DNA of 64,000 nucleotides from Octopus vulgaris (GCA_951406725.2 OX597830.1:4402001-4466000), one strand, 5' to 3'. Positions 13,441 through 28,068 are shown, numbered from the stretch's first letter. Notes: generated by a model not told the origin, from the letters alone. Numbers and translations are program-made.

Positions 13441-13900
13441 TATATTTGAAAAAAGGAAAAGAATGACTTCACTGGTTGTTGTAATCAGTTTAATTTATCA
13501 TTTTACATTTTTTTCATTAATTTAAGTTTTAGTTCATAGATCTAGTAAGTTCTTTTTTAACTTTGATGTGGAAATTGAAAAAAAAATTCCTTGTTAAATT
13601 TTTTGGAGAACTTTCTCGCATTCGTTGTTAAACAGATCTGTTTAACAATGAATGCGAACTTACTAGATCTATGAGCTTAAATTCATATTAATGAAAAATG
13701 TTTAAATAATGAATTAAACTGATTAGAACTACCAGTGAAGTCATTCTTTTTCTTTTCTCAAATATATACATATATGTATATATATATACACACATAATAA
13801 ATAATATCAGGGTAATAAAAATTATAGAAATTTCTACTATCAGTGGTCTAGCATACAAAAAATTAGTCAATAGACTATATTTTATTCACATAAAATACAG
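13441..13900. mobile_element. Fold-back insert with inner palindrome and right-side tail
   Basis: Arms 13441-13552 / 13656-13766; inner palindrome 13616-13657 centred on aacagatctgtt. Confidence 0.6.
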
Positions 13901-14682
13901 TGTATATGTGTGTGTATGTGTGTGTGTGTGTATGCACCCATGCTAGCATGGAAGGCAGACGTTAAATGATGATGATGATATATATATATAAAGCAGTCAT
14001 GCTACATTGCATGAACAGGCAGTACCTCTTTCTCCCAAACTGGAGAAGTGTTGAGATAGGGATTTAATATCATTTTCTGAGGAAACTAGTAAACTGCAAA
14101 AAACAAAAGAAAAGAGTTTTCAAGATATATGTGCAGAATCACACACACACACACACTACTGCATTTAAGTACGTATGCATTTTTTTGTCTTTTTGTTTTG
14201 TAGACCAGAGCTTACATGCATAAGGACGTGAATACAATTACAAATAATCTTTGCAACGCTTAAAATACGTGTGTGTGTGTGTGTGCGCGCACTGTGTATT
14301 AAATCATACTGAATCCCCCCCGCCTTTTAAATGGCCTTGCATCTGTATGAAATGATCTGCCCTGTTGTTTCCCACTTCCCTCTAGGTTAGCAGTGACCCA
14401 GTAAACTTTAATAAATAATAAACCTAAACATTTGCACCAGTCCACACTTTCCCCTAAATACTGACTCTACACAAGATGTAGTTTTGCACTGCCTTCAGTG
14501 ACCCTTACATTATAGGGGGCTACAGCTCCTTTGTGGTTGGTAAGATATGCTTAAAGAAAGTTTATCTTAAGAGGTAGAGTCTGAGATGTAAATATTTATT
14601 TTAATTTCATGCAAATATTCAAATTTTCATAATTATGTTGTCAATGAGAAGATGCGAGTCACATCAGCAAAAACAAAGTCAA

Positions 14683-15475
14683 GCAGGTGTAGCTGTGTGG
14701 TATGAAGTTTGCTTCCCAATCACATAGTCCAGGGTTCAGTCCCACTGAGTGGCACCTAGGGCAAGTGTCTCCTACTATAACCTCAAGCCAACCAAAGCCT
14801 TGTCAGTGGATTTGATACTTGGAAACTGAAAGAAGCTCATCACATTTATATATATATATATATATATGTACAAAGAGAGAGAGAGAGAGAGAGAGAGGAG
14901 AAGAGAGAGGGTTAAAAACACCTTTGTGTCATGAATAACTATGGGATTGCACCTTGAAAGTTCCCCTCTAAGGCTCAAGTCCATACAAGGTTGTTTGTGG
15001 CAGAGCAGCAGTCACCCTTGCATACCAGTCACCTCTCGCCACACCACCAATGTTATCCATGGGAAAGGCAAAGGGGCCAATACAGCTTGGCACCTGTGAC
15101 ATTGCGACTCATTTCTACAGCTGAGGGAACTGGAGCAACATGAAATAAAATGTCTTGCTCAAGAACACAACACACAGCCCAGTCCAGGAATCAAACTCAC
15201 TACTTCACGGTTATAAGCCTGATGCTCAAACCACTGAGCCATGTGCCTTCACATGTGTGTGTCTTTGTTTGTTCTCCCCACCCCCACCCCCTGACAATTG
15301 GTGTTATTGTGTTTATTTTCCCATGACATAGCAGTTCAGCAAAAAGTGATCGATAGAACAAGTACCAGGCTTAACAAAAAAGAAGGAAGAGACAAGTACC
15401 AGGGTCGAATTGTTTGACTAGAAAATTCTTTAAGGCTGTGCCCCAGACCAAAGAAACAAGTAAAATATAAGAAAA
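14683..15475 (+). mobile_element. SINE family A interrupted by a minus-strand family D-like SINE (~14945-15252)
   Basis: Head 14683-14845, tail 15255-15475, insertion in the internal microsatellite. Confidence 0.65.
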
Positions 15476-15912
15476 TATATAAAATACTTAAAACCTTTCA
15501 CTTTATAATCAATAATTCATTTATTTAATCATTTTTGCCAGTATTTCAATGAAATCAGCAATCTATCTTTTACTCTCACCCATCCACCCACCTCACTCCC
15601 TCATCAGAGAAACCAAAATATTTCAAGAGTCTACTTACTCGGAAACGTTTTCTAGAAGAGATTAACATTAAATGAGGATTTATTAGTATTATAGCTATTA
15701 AATTAATTTACACTCTAAGCTTTACATCTATGCCAGGTGTAGCAAATTTATCTGCAGGGATAACCACCTTTAATAACTCTACAGATAAACATCTCTACTT
15801 CAAAGCATTCTCTACCATTCACTGTGTTAGTTTATTTATTTATTACCTTTAATTTCCAGTGAGTCTTTTAAGAAAGTAACAAATAATAATTATATATATA
15901 TCTTTTCATATA

Positions 15913-15960
<48 letters not shown>

Positions 15961-18111
15961 AGATTGTCTTCCTAGTCTCTGGCTGTAGTATAACTGACAT
16001 TTAGAAGTAGTTTTTGTTTAATAAGTTTTGAATTTCTGAAAGCATAACGGTTTAAACATGCTATATTTCGTAACTTCTGCTTGTTTTATCGGTGGTTTTA
16101 GAGGATTAGAAATTGATTAAGAAAAGCAACAATTCTTAAGTCTCAAGATTAGTGTTTAGCTATGATACACCATCCATTTTTTTTTTTTTTTTTTTCCAGT
16201 TCCACCCAAATACAACAATGTATAGGGTACATCATTTAAGTAAGTGTTGTAGCTTGAGCATTACTCGCTAGTGTGATTGGAGAGCTTGTGCTGTGTTTGT
16301 GCTTGTTGTTTTATTTGTCTGCCTGTGTAGTCACCTGCCTGACTCTCCTGTCCTTGACCTAGAAGAACACTAATGATGTAACAGCTGGAGAGAGAGAGAG
16401 TGTGTGTGAGAGAGAGATGCACCAGGTGTCGCCTGGTACTCACTTTTAACTGACATCACTGCAGTGACATGAGATCAAATATTTTATGTATGATGATGAT
16501 GATGATGTACTGCCTGGTCCAGAAACTGAACCCACGACCATACAACTGGCAACCCAACAATCTAACCACTGGGCTATAAGCCTTCACACATCAAATGTTG
16601 TTTTTCTTTTTTTTGAAAGAGATACATCACTGAGAAATAAACGAGAAATTGAATGGGTTGCAGTTATAGGAATTTAACAGACAAAGACAGAGAGAAAAAG
16701 CAAATCTGATCTGTAAAATAATAGTAACAATGATAAAGAAAAAAACATTCTGCCACCATTTTTCTGGTGCCACATAATTGCTATCCTCTGTAGAAACCAT
16801 AACTAGTACTTGAATGTCGGAATAGTAAATTTAGTAGCTAGAGTTAGATTTTGTGCTTTGCTTGTAACTCTCTCTCTCTCTTTCTCTCTCTCTCTTGCTT
16901 TGTATGAGAATAAGAAATACTGCACTGCAAAGGACATTCTCTCATTCTGGGAAGCTACTTATCTGATACATATCTTATCTGATAGATATCTGGGTTCTAT
17001 TTAGAAGCATATTGTATTTTTATGTGAAGCCACTTGTATAGAAAGAATACTCAAAGATCCACTTGAATGACAGCCAATCTTAGTTGCCAGTGACAGGCAA
17101 TCAGCAAAAGATTAAGTTCACAGAAAAGAGAACACTTAAGGCTTCTAAGAGGTGTCTCTGCATCGTGTTTACTCTCTGATGTGTAATATTTCCTCACAAA
17201 TCCATCATTACTTCACAACAATCTCTCCAGAACTAAGAACTCTGATAGAGGTTAAAACTATGACAATTTTCTTTTCATGTTCACAATCTATCGCATTACA
17301 ACTCAATGCATATCAAAATGTTTCTTTTTTTTTTTCATGAACAATTTCACTAAAAAAATGGGACAAATTGTGTAAATGTATCAATTTAAACAGAAGGAAA
17401 TATTTCTTGGATTTTGTAGAGACCAGACCGTCACTGTACTAAACAATGCTAGACTTAATCTATTACTCACTCTAATAAGGGCCATTTGGGCTCTTAGAGG
17501 AATTTATCAGGGTCTACTTCAGGTCTCATGAACCTATTATACCTCTGTCAAGTGGTGGTGGTTAGAGGATACAGTGAGAAGTGGTTCTCAAGCTTCTAGA
17601 TCTTTCTCAGGCTCAGTCACATGAGTATTGTCTGGATTAGCCACCCTCATTTCGGACAGGTTAACTCTTGACTCCTGTCCAGTTTAGCTAAATAGAAAAG
17701 CTGAAGTAACAACCTATAACTCATAGCTTCATTCTCATTCACCCTGCAACTTATGTTTGCCAGCCCCGATGATTGTACAAATGTAATTTTAACTGCTCTT
17801 TCTCCTTTCTAGTCATCAAAAATGAGAGAAAAAGGAAAAAAACTATCTCCCGTCATTTTAAAACTTTCTCGTAAATCCCTTACCCACTCACCCACTTCTA
17901 CTTTAAAAAAACCCCACAGGAAATGAAAGAACCAATGTAATATAAAATGTCTTCTATGGCTGAGTGGTTAAGTGATTTGCTTCACAGCCATGTTTCAGGT
18001 TCAAACCTGTTGTACAGGTGTCTTCTACTATAACTCTTGGTAAATCAGTGGCTTGTAACTGTATAAACAAATATGAGTGCATGTTTTTTCTGATTTAGGG
18101 ATTCTTAGATG

Positions 18112-18167
<56 letters not shown>

Positions 18168-18176
18168 GTATATATA

Positions 18177-18409
18177 CAGGTGGCCCCAAAATAGGTTTAC
18201 AGTTATTCAACTATCTCTTTCGCATTCATATATTAACAGTTTAGGCCTTAATTATAAAAAAATATGAAACCATTATTCTATGCTAATTTAGTTAATTTTG
18301 GCAAGCTCCCTTTACAGTTTGTATAGTAGAAATTTAAATGTAATAAAATGTTTTAAAAGAATTTTAAAGTTCCAACATGATAACTGTAAACCTACTTTTG
18401 TGCCACCCT
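18177..18409. mobile_element. Tc1/mariner-type MITE
   Basis: ~29-bp TIRs caggtggccccaaaataggtttacagttat / ataactgtaaacctacttttgtgccaccct; TA flanks. Confidence 0.8.
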
Positions 18410-18430
18410 ATATATATATATATATACATA

Positions 18431-18674
18431 TATATTTTGTTTTTGGATTTGGTTTGCAAGATTCTTTATATGAGTTTGTGTGTTGAAGCATATTCTGTTG
18501 TGTCTAGGGAGAGTCATTTTATTTTCGCGCCTTATAATTTAACACACTCACCGGTAAAATTTCCACTTATTTTTCCTTTAAAAAAAATTAAGAAAAAAGT
18601 GGAAATTTTACCAGTGAGTGTGTTAAATTATAAGGTGCGAAAATAAAATGACTCTCCCCAGACACAACAGAATA
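18431..18674 (-). mobile_element. Fold-back remnant of a PLE terminus related to the 34-37 kb element
   Basis: Palindrome 18491-18674. Tail 18431-18490 (tgcaagattctttatatgagtttgtgtgttgaagca) aligns with the reverse complement of 37382-37420. Confidence 0.75.
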
Positions 18675-19127
18675 ATACATATATATGGATATATATATAT
18701 ATATGGGTGTACTTGCGAATATAAGTGTATATGCATTATATATTTATGTGTATATTTATATTATGTGAGTGTATATACCTGTGTGTGAGATGGGGGGGGG
18801 GGGGGCACAGTCATGGCTGTACGGTAAAAGGCTTGCTTCCCAATCATTTAAATTTGGTTGAGTCCCACTGTGCTGCAAATTGGACAAGTGTTTACTGCAA
18901 CAGCCCCAGGCTGACTAAAGCCTTGCGAATGAATTAGCAAGACAGAAACTGAAACAACACTGTTGAGTGCATGTGTGTGTGTGTGTGTGTGTGTATTTGT
19001 ACACACCCCACTACCACCACTTGACAACCAGCGTTTGCTTGTTTGCATAAAACAATATCTTAATATACCAAAATCTAACCCATGGGAGCATAGAAGAATA
19101 AACATAAAGAAAAAAATTAACATTTTT

Positions 19128-19180
<53 letters not shown>

Positions 19181-19184
<4 letters not shown>

Positions 19185-19390
19185 AGAGTAATCACATAAA
19201 TGTGAAACAAGGTGGAAGAAATAGTACTTGAATACAAGAGGTAGAGTAATATGCTTTATTAAAAAGCAGCAAAAATATCACAGTAACTGGTACTCAGAGA
19301 TTCACATTCCCGTTTGTTGGTCAGTTTGTCTGACGATTGGGAGCGTGAAACTCCCAGTAGCAGTTTCTGTGATATTTTTTTCTGCTTTTT
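19181..19390. mobile_element. Fold-back insert with hammerhead-like core and left-side tail
   Basis: 19261-19324 is inverted at 19328-19390; follows (TA)n. Confidence 0.6.
19324..19367 (+). ncRNA. Degenerate minimal type I hammerhead ribozyme in a PLE-like terminal hairpin
   Basis: tgt-CTGACGA-ttgggagcgt-GAAAC-tccca-GTA-gcagttt; the inverted arm reads acg-ggaa-tgt-gaatc-tctga-gta and supplies intact stems II and III. Confidence 0.55.
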
Positions 19391-19602
19391 ACGTGTAGAT
19401 ACATATCATATGTATGTTTTTATATGACAGGCTTCTTTCAGTTTCCATCTCCCAAATCCACTCACAAGGCTTTAATTGGCCTGAGGCTAAAGTAGAAGAC
19501 ACTCACCCAAGGTGCCATGTGCTGGGGCTGAACCTGAAACCATGTGGTTGGGAAGCAAACTTCTTATCACACAACCATGCCTGCATCTATATATACATAC
19601 CA

Positions 19603-19645
<43 letters not shown>

Positions 19646-22557
19646 GTATGTACACACGTACATACATGCACTTACACATATACAGGCAGACAGAGATGTC
19701 TGGATGAATTCATCGAAAGTTTCTCTTTTTCTTGTCATCATTTAAATTATTAAAGTTTAATTTCAAATGATAATTCAGTGAATTGACTTTTGTTATTTTA
19801 TATGTTTTCCTGTTTTTATTTTCCATCTTAGTCGTTCAATCTTTGCTCCCCCCTCCACCTCCCGCAACCAAATACATTTACAGAAAAACAACCTCTAACT
19901 TTCTCTTATTGATCTTCTATTGAAATCAATCTAAGAGGATGAATTGACCATTTAACAGAGTTTGGTATCTATTTGACCTGAATCTATTGATCTGGTTAGT
20001 TCTTGTAGTTGGCAGTAACGCTATTAAACACCATTCATAGAGCTTCACTCTGTTTCATGTTAGGTAAACACTCGCACCAATTAAATAAGCATTATCTTCT
20101 TCTGTCAACTTGCATCATTCTCAATGTCTTCTGAAGCCAATAATAACGAGAGGTCTTTCAGGAAGGGGGTCTGCTTCTCACAGAAATGCTGTGGCCCATG
20201 GGCTTTATATTCCCAAGCAGCTCTCATAAGGTTCATTCACAGTTCCGTCAATGCCTGGGAAACACAAATATTAGTTGACCCAGAGTATGTGACTGGTACT
20301 TTATTTTGTTGACTCTGGGATGATGGAATGATGGAAGACAAAGATGGCCTCAATGGGGTTGGAACTCAGAATGTGAAATTCCAGAAGTTCAATTGATTGA
20401 TATTTTTTAATTCATTTTATTACATATGTAAGACTTCTCTCTATGCACAACAATAATAGGCCATTGAATGGCTTGTGAGTAGGTTGGGTAAAGAGAAACT
20501 GAAAATGCCTTGTTATGTGCATATATGAGTGTGTGTGTGTGTGTGTGAGTGTGCATGTGCACACATATGTGCATGTGTATTGTTTTGACATTGCATGATA
20601 ACTGTAAACAGCTGTCACCATCACATCATTTGCAATTTTCTGTCAGAACATGTCCAGCCACTGAGTTGTTAATGTTGAAAGGACTCAGGTAGGTAAATAT
20701 TACTTTACTTTCAAACTGGTGAGGGTTAGTGACAGGATGGGCACCCAGTCACAAAATATCAACCAAACAAATTTCACATGACCCATGCAAGCATAGAAAA
20801 TTGAACTTTAAAATGTTAATGATGATGGCAAACTCTAAACCTTATGGTTTTCAAAAGAAATCTTAACCACACAGCCATGCACTTTTAAACATTTTCATTA
20901 TTTACTTATTGTTATTATTTTCTATTGAGCAACTGTTTTTCCTTACCAAGAACCCAGTGAGATATAAACAGCTTTCAATCAATCAAACATTCAAAAGTAT
21001 GAAGTGTCATTGTGCTTTACTTAACGGTTCACCATTAATGGTTAAAGGAAGATTTGAACTTACGATCACATGGTTGCTGATCCATCAACTGACCCATGTG
21101 GCAATGTGTTTTAGGGATGTCTAGTTTAATTCTTCAATTTCTGTTCTTTTAAAATATTCTGCAACTTGAAGGATAGATTTCAAGTTTCCATTCTTTTATC
21201 ATTAAACAGGAAAAGTTAAAATGAGGAACGCATGTGTCAGTGGTGCATTTATGGCTGTGTGTGTGTGTGTATGTGCGTGTATGTGCATGTGATAGATGAC
21301 TAAGTGCTTGCATATATGTGTGTAAACCTCAGAGAGGATATTTAATATATAGAAAGAAAGAGAGAGTGTGTTTGTGTGTGTGAGTGTGTGACAAAGAGAG
21401 AGGGATTTTTAAGTGGAGAAGCTTGCCTGCAGATGTAACATATAATGGCACTGAAACATGAACCTATCCTGATGGTAATGGTGGAACTGATGATGATGTC
21501 AGTTATGATGATAATGATAGTAATAATTAATGATTTGAGGGTAACGATAATGAAAACGACAATGATGTTGATGATGGTTGTGGTGTTAATGATTATGATG
21601 CTTGCAGTTAGTTGCCTCCCAGTAAGTTTGGCTCAAGAATCCAAGAAGATTCCCATTATCAAGATTCCGTCTGTAAATCATTTTGGCCAAATGAATATTG
21701 TTTTGCTCAATGGAAATTATTAGTCAATTTAGAAGACAGAGGTGTGCATGTGTATGTGTGTGAAAGAGAGAGAGAGAGAGACATGTATAGAAGACACGTA
21801 AATATGCAAAAGACAGATGTGGGAGTATGTGTGGAAGGTAAACGAGAGTGTAAGGACAAGAGATACATTTGGAAGATAGTTAGAAATACAAAGTAAAGGG
21901 TGGAGCTTCTAGTTTCTTTACCTGTTAGAAATAACAGTCAAATAACCCACCCATCAGAGTGTATTACCTTAAAAAAAATACAGAGAGGTTCCAGGTAGAA
22001 TAATTCTGAATATTGTGTCTGATAAGAAAAGAAAATGGTAAAATCATAATAGGAACATCTTTTATCATAGATTTATTGGTTTGAGGCTGATCTTGAAGCT
22101 AATCAATGCAACAATTTATCTGTCTGTCTGTTTGTCTCTCTCTCTCTATCTGTCTCTATTTCTCTCTCTCTCTCGCTTTCTACCAATCTATCTATCTATC
22201 TATATATATATATATTGGATAATAAAATGAATGGTTTACACCTGGTAACTTACTGGTAAAGCATGGCCACTACCTATCTATCTATCCCTTCCTCCCTCTA
22301 TCTACACATATAAATATCTGTGTGTGTATATGTGTATCTATGTATGTATACATGTATATATGTTTGTTTATAAACATGTATGCTTGTTTCAATGTATAGT
22401 TCAGTAAGACTTATCCAGAATGCAGCCAGTATTTTGACAAACCAGACTGGGTAAAAAAAAAGACACAACACACCATGGCAACAGGGAAAAGGGCATAGAA
22501 AGACAAAGAAAAATGAAAAACTGCATAGAAATTGTAGTGGTAGTAGTAGTAATCCAT

Positions 22558-22766
22558 TGTAATGCGGGTGCAAGGCCTGAAATTTTGGGGAAGGGGGTTA
22601 ATCAATTACATCAACCCCAGTGCTCATCTGGAACTTATTCTACTGATCCCAAAAGGATCAAAGGCAAAGCTGATTGTGGTAGAATTTGAACTCAGAACAT
22701 AGTGACATATGAAATACCCCTAAGCATTTTGCTCAGCGTGCTACCAATTCTGCCAGCTCGCCACCT
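22558..22766 (-). mobile_element. SINE family B (tail type ii)
   Basis: caaggcctgaaatttt...ttctgccagctcgccacc. Confidence 0.75.
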
Positions 22767-22902
22767 CATGAATAATAATATTAATGATAATAATAATAAT
22801 AATAATAATAAAAGTAACATTAGCAACAAAGGCAATAGTTGTTATATATAATGTATATACATATATAAATACACATACATACACACACATATATTTACAT
22901 AC

Positions 22903-22937
<35 letters not shown>

Positions 22938-23005
22938 TGCATACACACATATATATGTATATATATGAACATACACCCCACACACACACATATATATATA
23001 CATAT

Positions 23006-23053
<48 letters not shown>

Positions 23054-26000
23054 ACATACATTTCTGTATATGGTTGAAAGTATTTGTCCAACCCATGGTA
23101 GCATGGAAAAATAGACATACAATGAACGATGCACATATGTGTGTGTGTGTGTGTGTATCATCATCATCATATATATATATAACATCTGCTTCAAAATACC
23201 CCATCCTCTCCATGCAAGTATGAGAAAATGGACGTTAAAGTGATGACTATATATATATATGTGTGTGTGTGTATTAGGAAACAAACATCCACATCCATAC
23301 ATGTGTGTATGTGTATTCACAGTGTGTGTGTGTATGTGTATAAATTATGAGTCTACATATAAAAACTGTGGCTAAGGTTTCTTTCATCTTCTACAAACAT
23401 ATCTCTAACCAACATTGCAGAGATGCAAAACTATTCTGATGGGATTTACAGTATCAGGGGTGGTTAGAGTATGCTACCAGATCTTGCTTCTGGTTTTAGG
23501 ACTACAGGGAGAAAATGGAGAAGTGAAATGATAAGAGAAGATAATGGCAGAGGTGTGGTGGCCATGGAAGAAGGAGTATAATGGCAACAGCATTGATGAT
23601 GTCGGCGGCGAGGCTAGTGATGGAGCAGAGGGTGGGGAGGGATAGACTACAAAAAGAAAAAAAAAATCTTTTTTCTTTCTGTCTTAAATTACTGCCATGT
23701 TGTTTTGTTAAGTTTTTATTTCAAGGACTTTAGAGACACATTTATTTCTTATTAATTTTCTTCAGCCTCCAATCTTATCTTTTTACATTATTTCTATATA
23801 TGATGGTATTTTATCCTATTAAAGTCACTCCTAGAATATTTTAACTACTCTAACTACACTAAACACTCATCTCCTCCAACATTGGACAACAAGCTCATAA
23901 TTGCTCCCTAGGAAAATAAGCATCAGAAAAAATGTTTTTAATATGAATTTTTATCTTCACCTATTCCTAAATATTTACTATTATTCTTGAAATATTTACT
24001 AGTTTTTTTAGAAGAAGAAAAAGAAACCATATCAGTTTATATTCCCCTCGATGTTTATATATAAATATATATATATCGCATGATGCAAAGATTTATCAAG
24101 ATTAAAAACTAGAAAAGATAAATTTCTCTTGTAAATTTTAAAATTATTTAAGAATTACGAGTCGAAGGATTTTGAGAAAGAAAAGGAAGAAAACAGGAAA
24201 AAAAATACCATCTTCATATAATGGAACAGTCCAAGTTGACAAAATGTTTATTAAGGATGTCTCATGCAGGTAACAGTTAAACTGAAATATTATTAAATAT
24301 CACTAAAAACCAAATATACAGAGATATCTAGATTAAGAAAATGATATTCTTGTTGATTTTGTAAATGTATAAACTTAGATGTATATCTTTTAATGCCTGA
24401 CTGAAATCCTATCTTATAAGCCAAATGTATTCCACGAAAGACAGCTTCATATTTATTTACTAGGTCTTTTATTCTTTTTTTTTATATTTTATTTCTTTCT
24501 AAATGTATTTCATCCATTAAGAAAATGTTTTGTTAGAATTTGAGTTAGAAACTTAAGATATATATGTTATAAACTCACACACACAACAATATATATAAAC
24601 ATATATGTATACACATGCATATATATGTGCATATGTGAGTAAATACACACATACATACATGCACACATATATATGTATGTATACAAATATGTGTATGTAT
24701 ATATGTGTGCACACATATATACATACACATGTATGTATATATGTGTGTATGTATATAAATGTTTATGTATTAGTATATATGTGTATCCTTGTTTATGTAT
24801 ATAAATGTATAAATGTGCATATGTACATACACACACACATGTATATAATTTTGCTTCATATTCACAATTATCAAATGTATGTATAATTGTCTTTTCAAAA
24901 TTGCCAAAAATAATAACACCAAATCTTGATAAATGCAAAACGGATTTCAGCAAAAGTGTGCTGGGAATCTAATATTCTTACATAAAAATCGTTTTTACAA
25001 CCAGAAAGTTTATTTTAGGGAAAGCTTCATTACCAATTAGATATTCTAAATTTCTAAATTGATTCCATAAAAACCCATCGGTAATTTGTGTGTGTACGTG
25101 TTGTGTGCACATACACACACACACATACACAGAATCATCTCAATGAATGCATAGGTATATTTATATATATATACATACACACATGTATATATGTGTATGT
25201 TGAAAATTTTTGTATTATTTACATACTTTCAGTACCCAGACACTTTAACATATATGTATATATACAGTATGTGTGCATATACATACATGCACACACACAC
25301 ACACATATATATATTCTACTCAGTCAGGTGGTTGGTGTTAGGAAGGGCATCCAGCCATAAAAACCCTGCCAAAACAGACACAAAAGTCTGGTGTAAGCTC
25401 CTGCCAGGCTGGCTCCTGTTAGCTCATCCAACCCATGCCAACATGGAAGGCAGACATTAAACGATGATGGTGATGATGATGACTTACACACACACATATA
25501 TATGTTTATTCATGTATGTATAGTATAATACTAACTCTACCCCCAAAAGTGCCTTGGGTACTTTTTGGATTTGCAGACACCTTAGATGTTTCACCAAAGA
25601 CACCCATTCTGTGTGTGTGTGTGTCTGTGTGTTTATGTTTATTTTATCATAAATAAACACACAGAAATGCAAACTCTCATCACGCATGCACATATGATGG
25701 AAGTGAACTAAAACTTTGTGGTGGCCACAGCCTGATGCTTGCTGTAAAGGAACTGAGGCAAGAGCAGGGAGAATGAACATATCATCTAAATACTCTGAGA
25801 TGGACGTGTTACCATGAGAAGCAAATAAGTGGCACAAGTAGAAGATGTGCCTCATGCAGTGTGCTGTCGATATGATGCACTGTGCTGACACTGAGCACAT
25901 CACTGACCGTACCTAACAAAGCAGCAATACATACAAAGTTCCGTGAATCTGCTACCTGTTCCCAGGTAAATAATTAGAGGAGTGTGACCAGATGAGCAAA

Positions 26001-26849
26001 GTTACAACAAAGTACACCAACATCAACAACATAGCCACAGTATGACACTTTTTCAGGATTCAATATGCACGATTTATGTCAACAAACCAAAAAATCAACA
26101 TCTGTTGAAGCACGTAACAGGGATAAGATGAAAGAAATCTTTATTAAATGAAACACATGCACCATATTACCTTACTTAACCATTCATAATCTCACCAAAA
26201 CCGTTGCAAAGCCTGAAAGTATTACAGATAATCATAGATCATTGCTGTACCAAGATTATATTCAGAGATCTTCTCTCATACAACAGCTGTCACCTTGACT
26301 ACAAATCGACCCATAATTCCCAGTAGACTTATATGGTCCTTTACCATCTTCAGTATTTCTACGTTCCAGTACACAACTATTGGAGAGCTCTTCACCTCCT
26401 TGTGTTGGCAACAGCTGTAGAGACCATTTTGTGCAACTGGATTCTGTGGAACCCTCTTCATCGGGCTACATTGGGAAGGTTCCTAACTAGGTTAATCACA
26501 TAGGACCCAAACTATGTATAAAAGGGTAACAGATTGGTTTGGATTACATATAATCTGTAGCACTTATAAGTGGTCTATGTTACACATACATATATTCATC
26601 TAATAAATTTCATAAGTCAGAAAAAAACAAGCACTTGAATATTAGGCAAAATGTAGGCATATCATATGCAATACTATAAATTTAGTCTCATGGCAGCTAC
26701 TTCAGTTGTGCCTGATGATCATTCCTTTATCTCTCAACACTTGGAAGGTTTTTCAGCATGAAACTGTTCAGTAACATGAATTGACTGTTATGAGACTATA
26801 GTACTTTGCATGTATGTGTGTATACTTACATATATAAAGATAGATATAC

Positions 26850-26887
<38 letters not shown>

Positions 26888-27332
26888 TGAATAAAACATA
26901 TGCATATATATATACATATATGTACGTACCTACCTCTACATGTATATATACACGCATATATATATATATACATACACACAAATACACACACAGGTATACA
27001 CACACATACAGGCATACACACACACACAAATGTGTAATCTTTATTGTGTTTTTGTAATGAGTGAATGATACTGCCCAAGTAAAATTGTTTTTTGAAGCTA
27101 ATTTGGCCAGCAGGGGGCATTTGTGTATAGTATTGCTATATGTATACACACACATGTACATAGATGTATATATTTCTTATCATCTTTGTATAGGATATCT
27201 ATGTTTGTAATGAAAACAGAGCCATACATAATGGGAATGTGATGGTATATGTATATGAGTAAGTGCTTTGAGAATGAAACAATATCATGTGATAAATTGT
27301 AGTTATTCTATGTATATGTGTGTTGTATACTC

Positions 27333-27377
<45 letters not shown>

Positions 27378-27888
27378 TATTCTTTGTATGTGTGGCTGTA
27401 TCCTGAATATGAGTTAAAGCATGTCTTCATAGGTGCAGTATTTATGAAGCTAATTTTTAAAATCTGTAATCACACCTCCTACAGTTCATCTCTGTTTAAT
27501 ATCTTCCTACCCTTCAATAATGAAATAGACTATATTATTAATATTTAATTAGTTTAATAATAAATACTTCCTTCTTTCAGGCAAAACATGAAATCCCACA
27601 TATATTTCATCATTTATTTATAGTTAGTGGGTAGATTTTTTTTTGTTTTTTTTTTTCCATTAGTATTTCACATGTTTGTGAGATTGGTTGAGTCTATTGG
27701 AAAAATAATTTTTACTGTTGAAATGTTTTCCCATTATTGCTTACTAGATTCAGACATGACTGTGTTAAGACGTTATGCTTCCCATCCTGATGGTCCCAAG
27801 TTCAATCCCACTGTATGACTCTTCCATTAGGGTCTAGAGCCAACTAAAGGCTTGTCAGTGGATTTTATATACACAAACTGAAAAAAAC

Positions 27889-27924
<36 letters not shown>

Positions 27925-27931
<7 letters not shown>

Positions 27932-28028
27932 CGTTTTTGGATTTTGTCTGCAAGATTCTGTATGTGAGTTCGTGTATTGAAGCATATTCTGTTGTGTCTG
28001 GGGAAAGTCATTCTCTTTTGGTACCTTT
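27925..28028 (-). mobile_element. PLE-terminus relative (with tail)
   Basis: tgcaagattctgtatgtgagttcgtgtattgaagcatattctgttgtgtctgggg matches 18440-18520; abuts (TA)n. Confidence 0.7.
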
Positions 28029-28068
28029 TTGTAGAATTACCCTGGGTTTCACATCCATAAAGCGCTTA

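Noticed and set aside
24220-24275. ATG...CAG|GTAACA mini-exon (MEQSKLTKCLLRMSHA)
   Set aside because: Too short to distinguish from chance without transcript data.
25670-26470. GC-richer blocks with short open frames
   Set aside because: No motif recognised in the frames examined; probably decayed TE or unique non-coding DNA.
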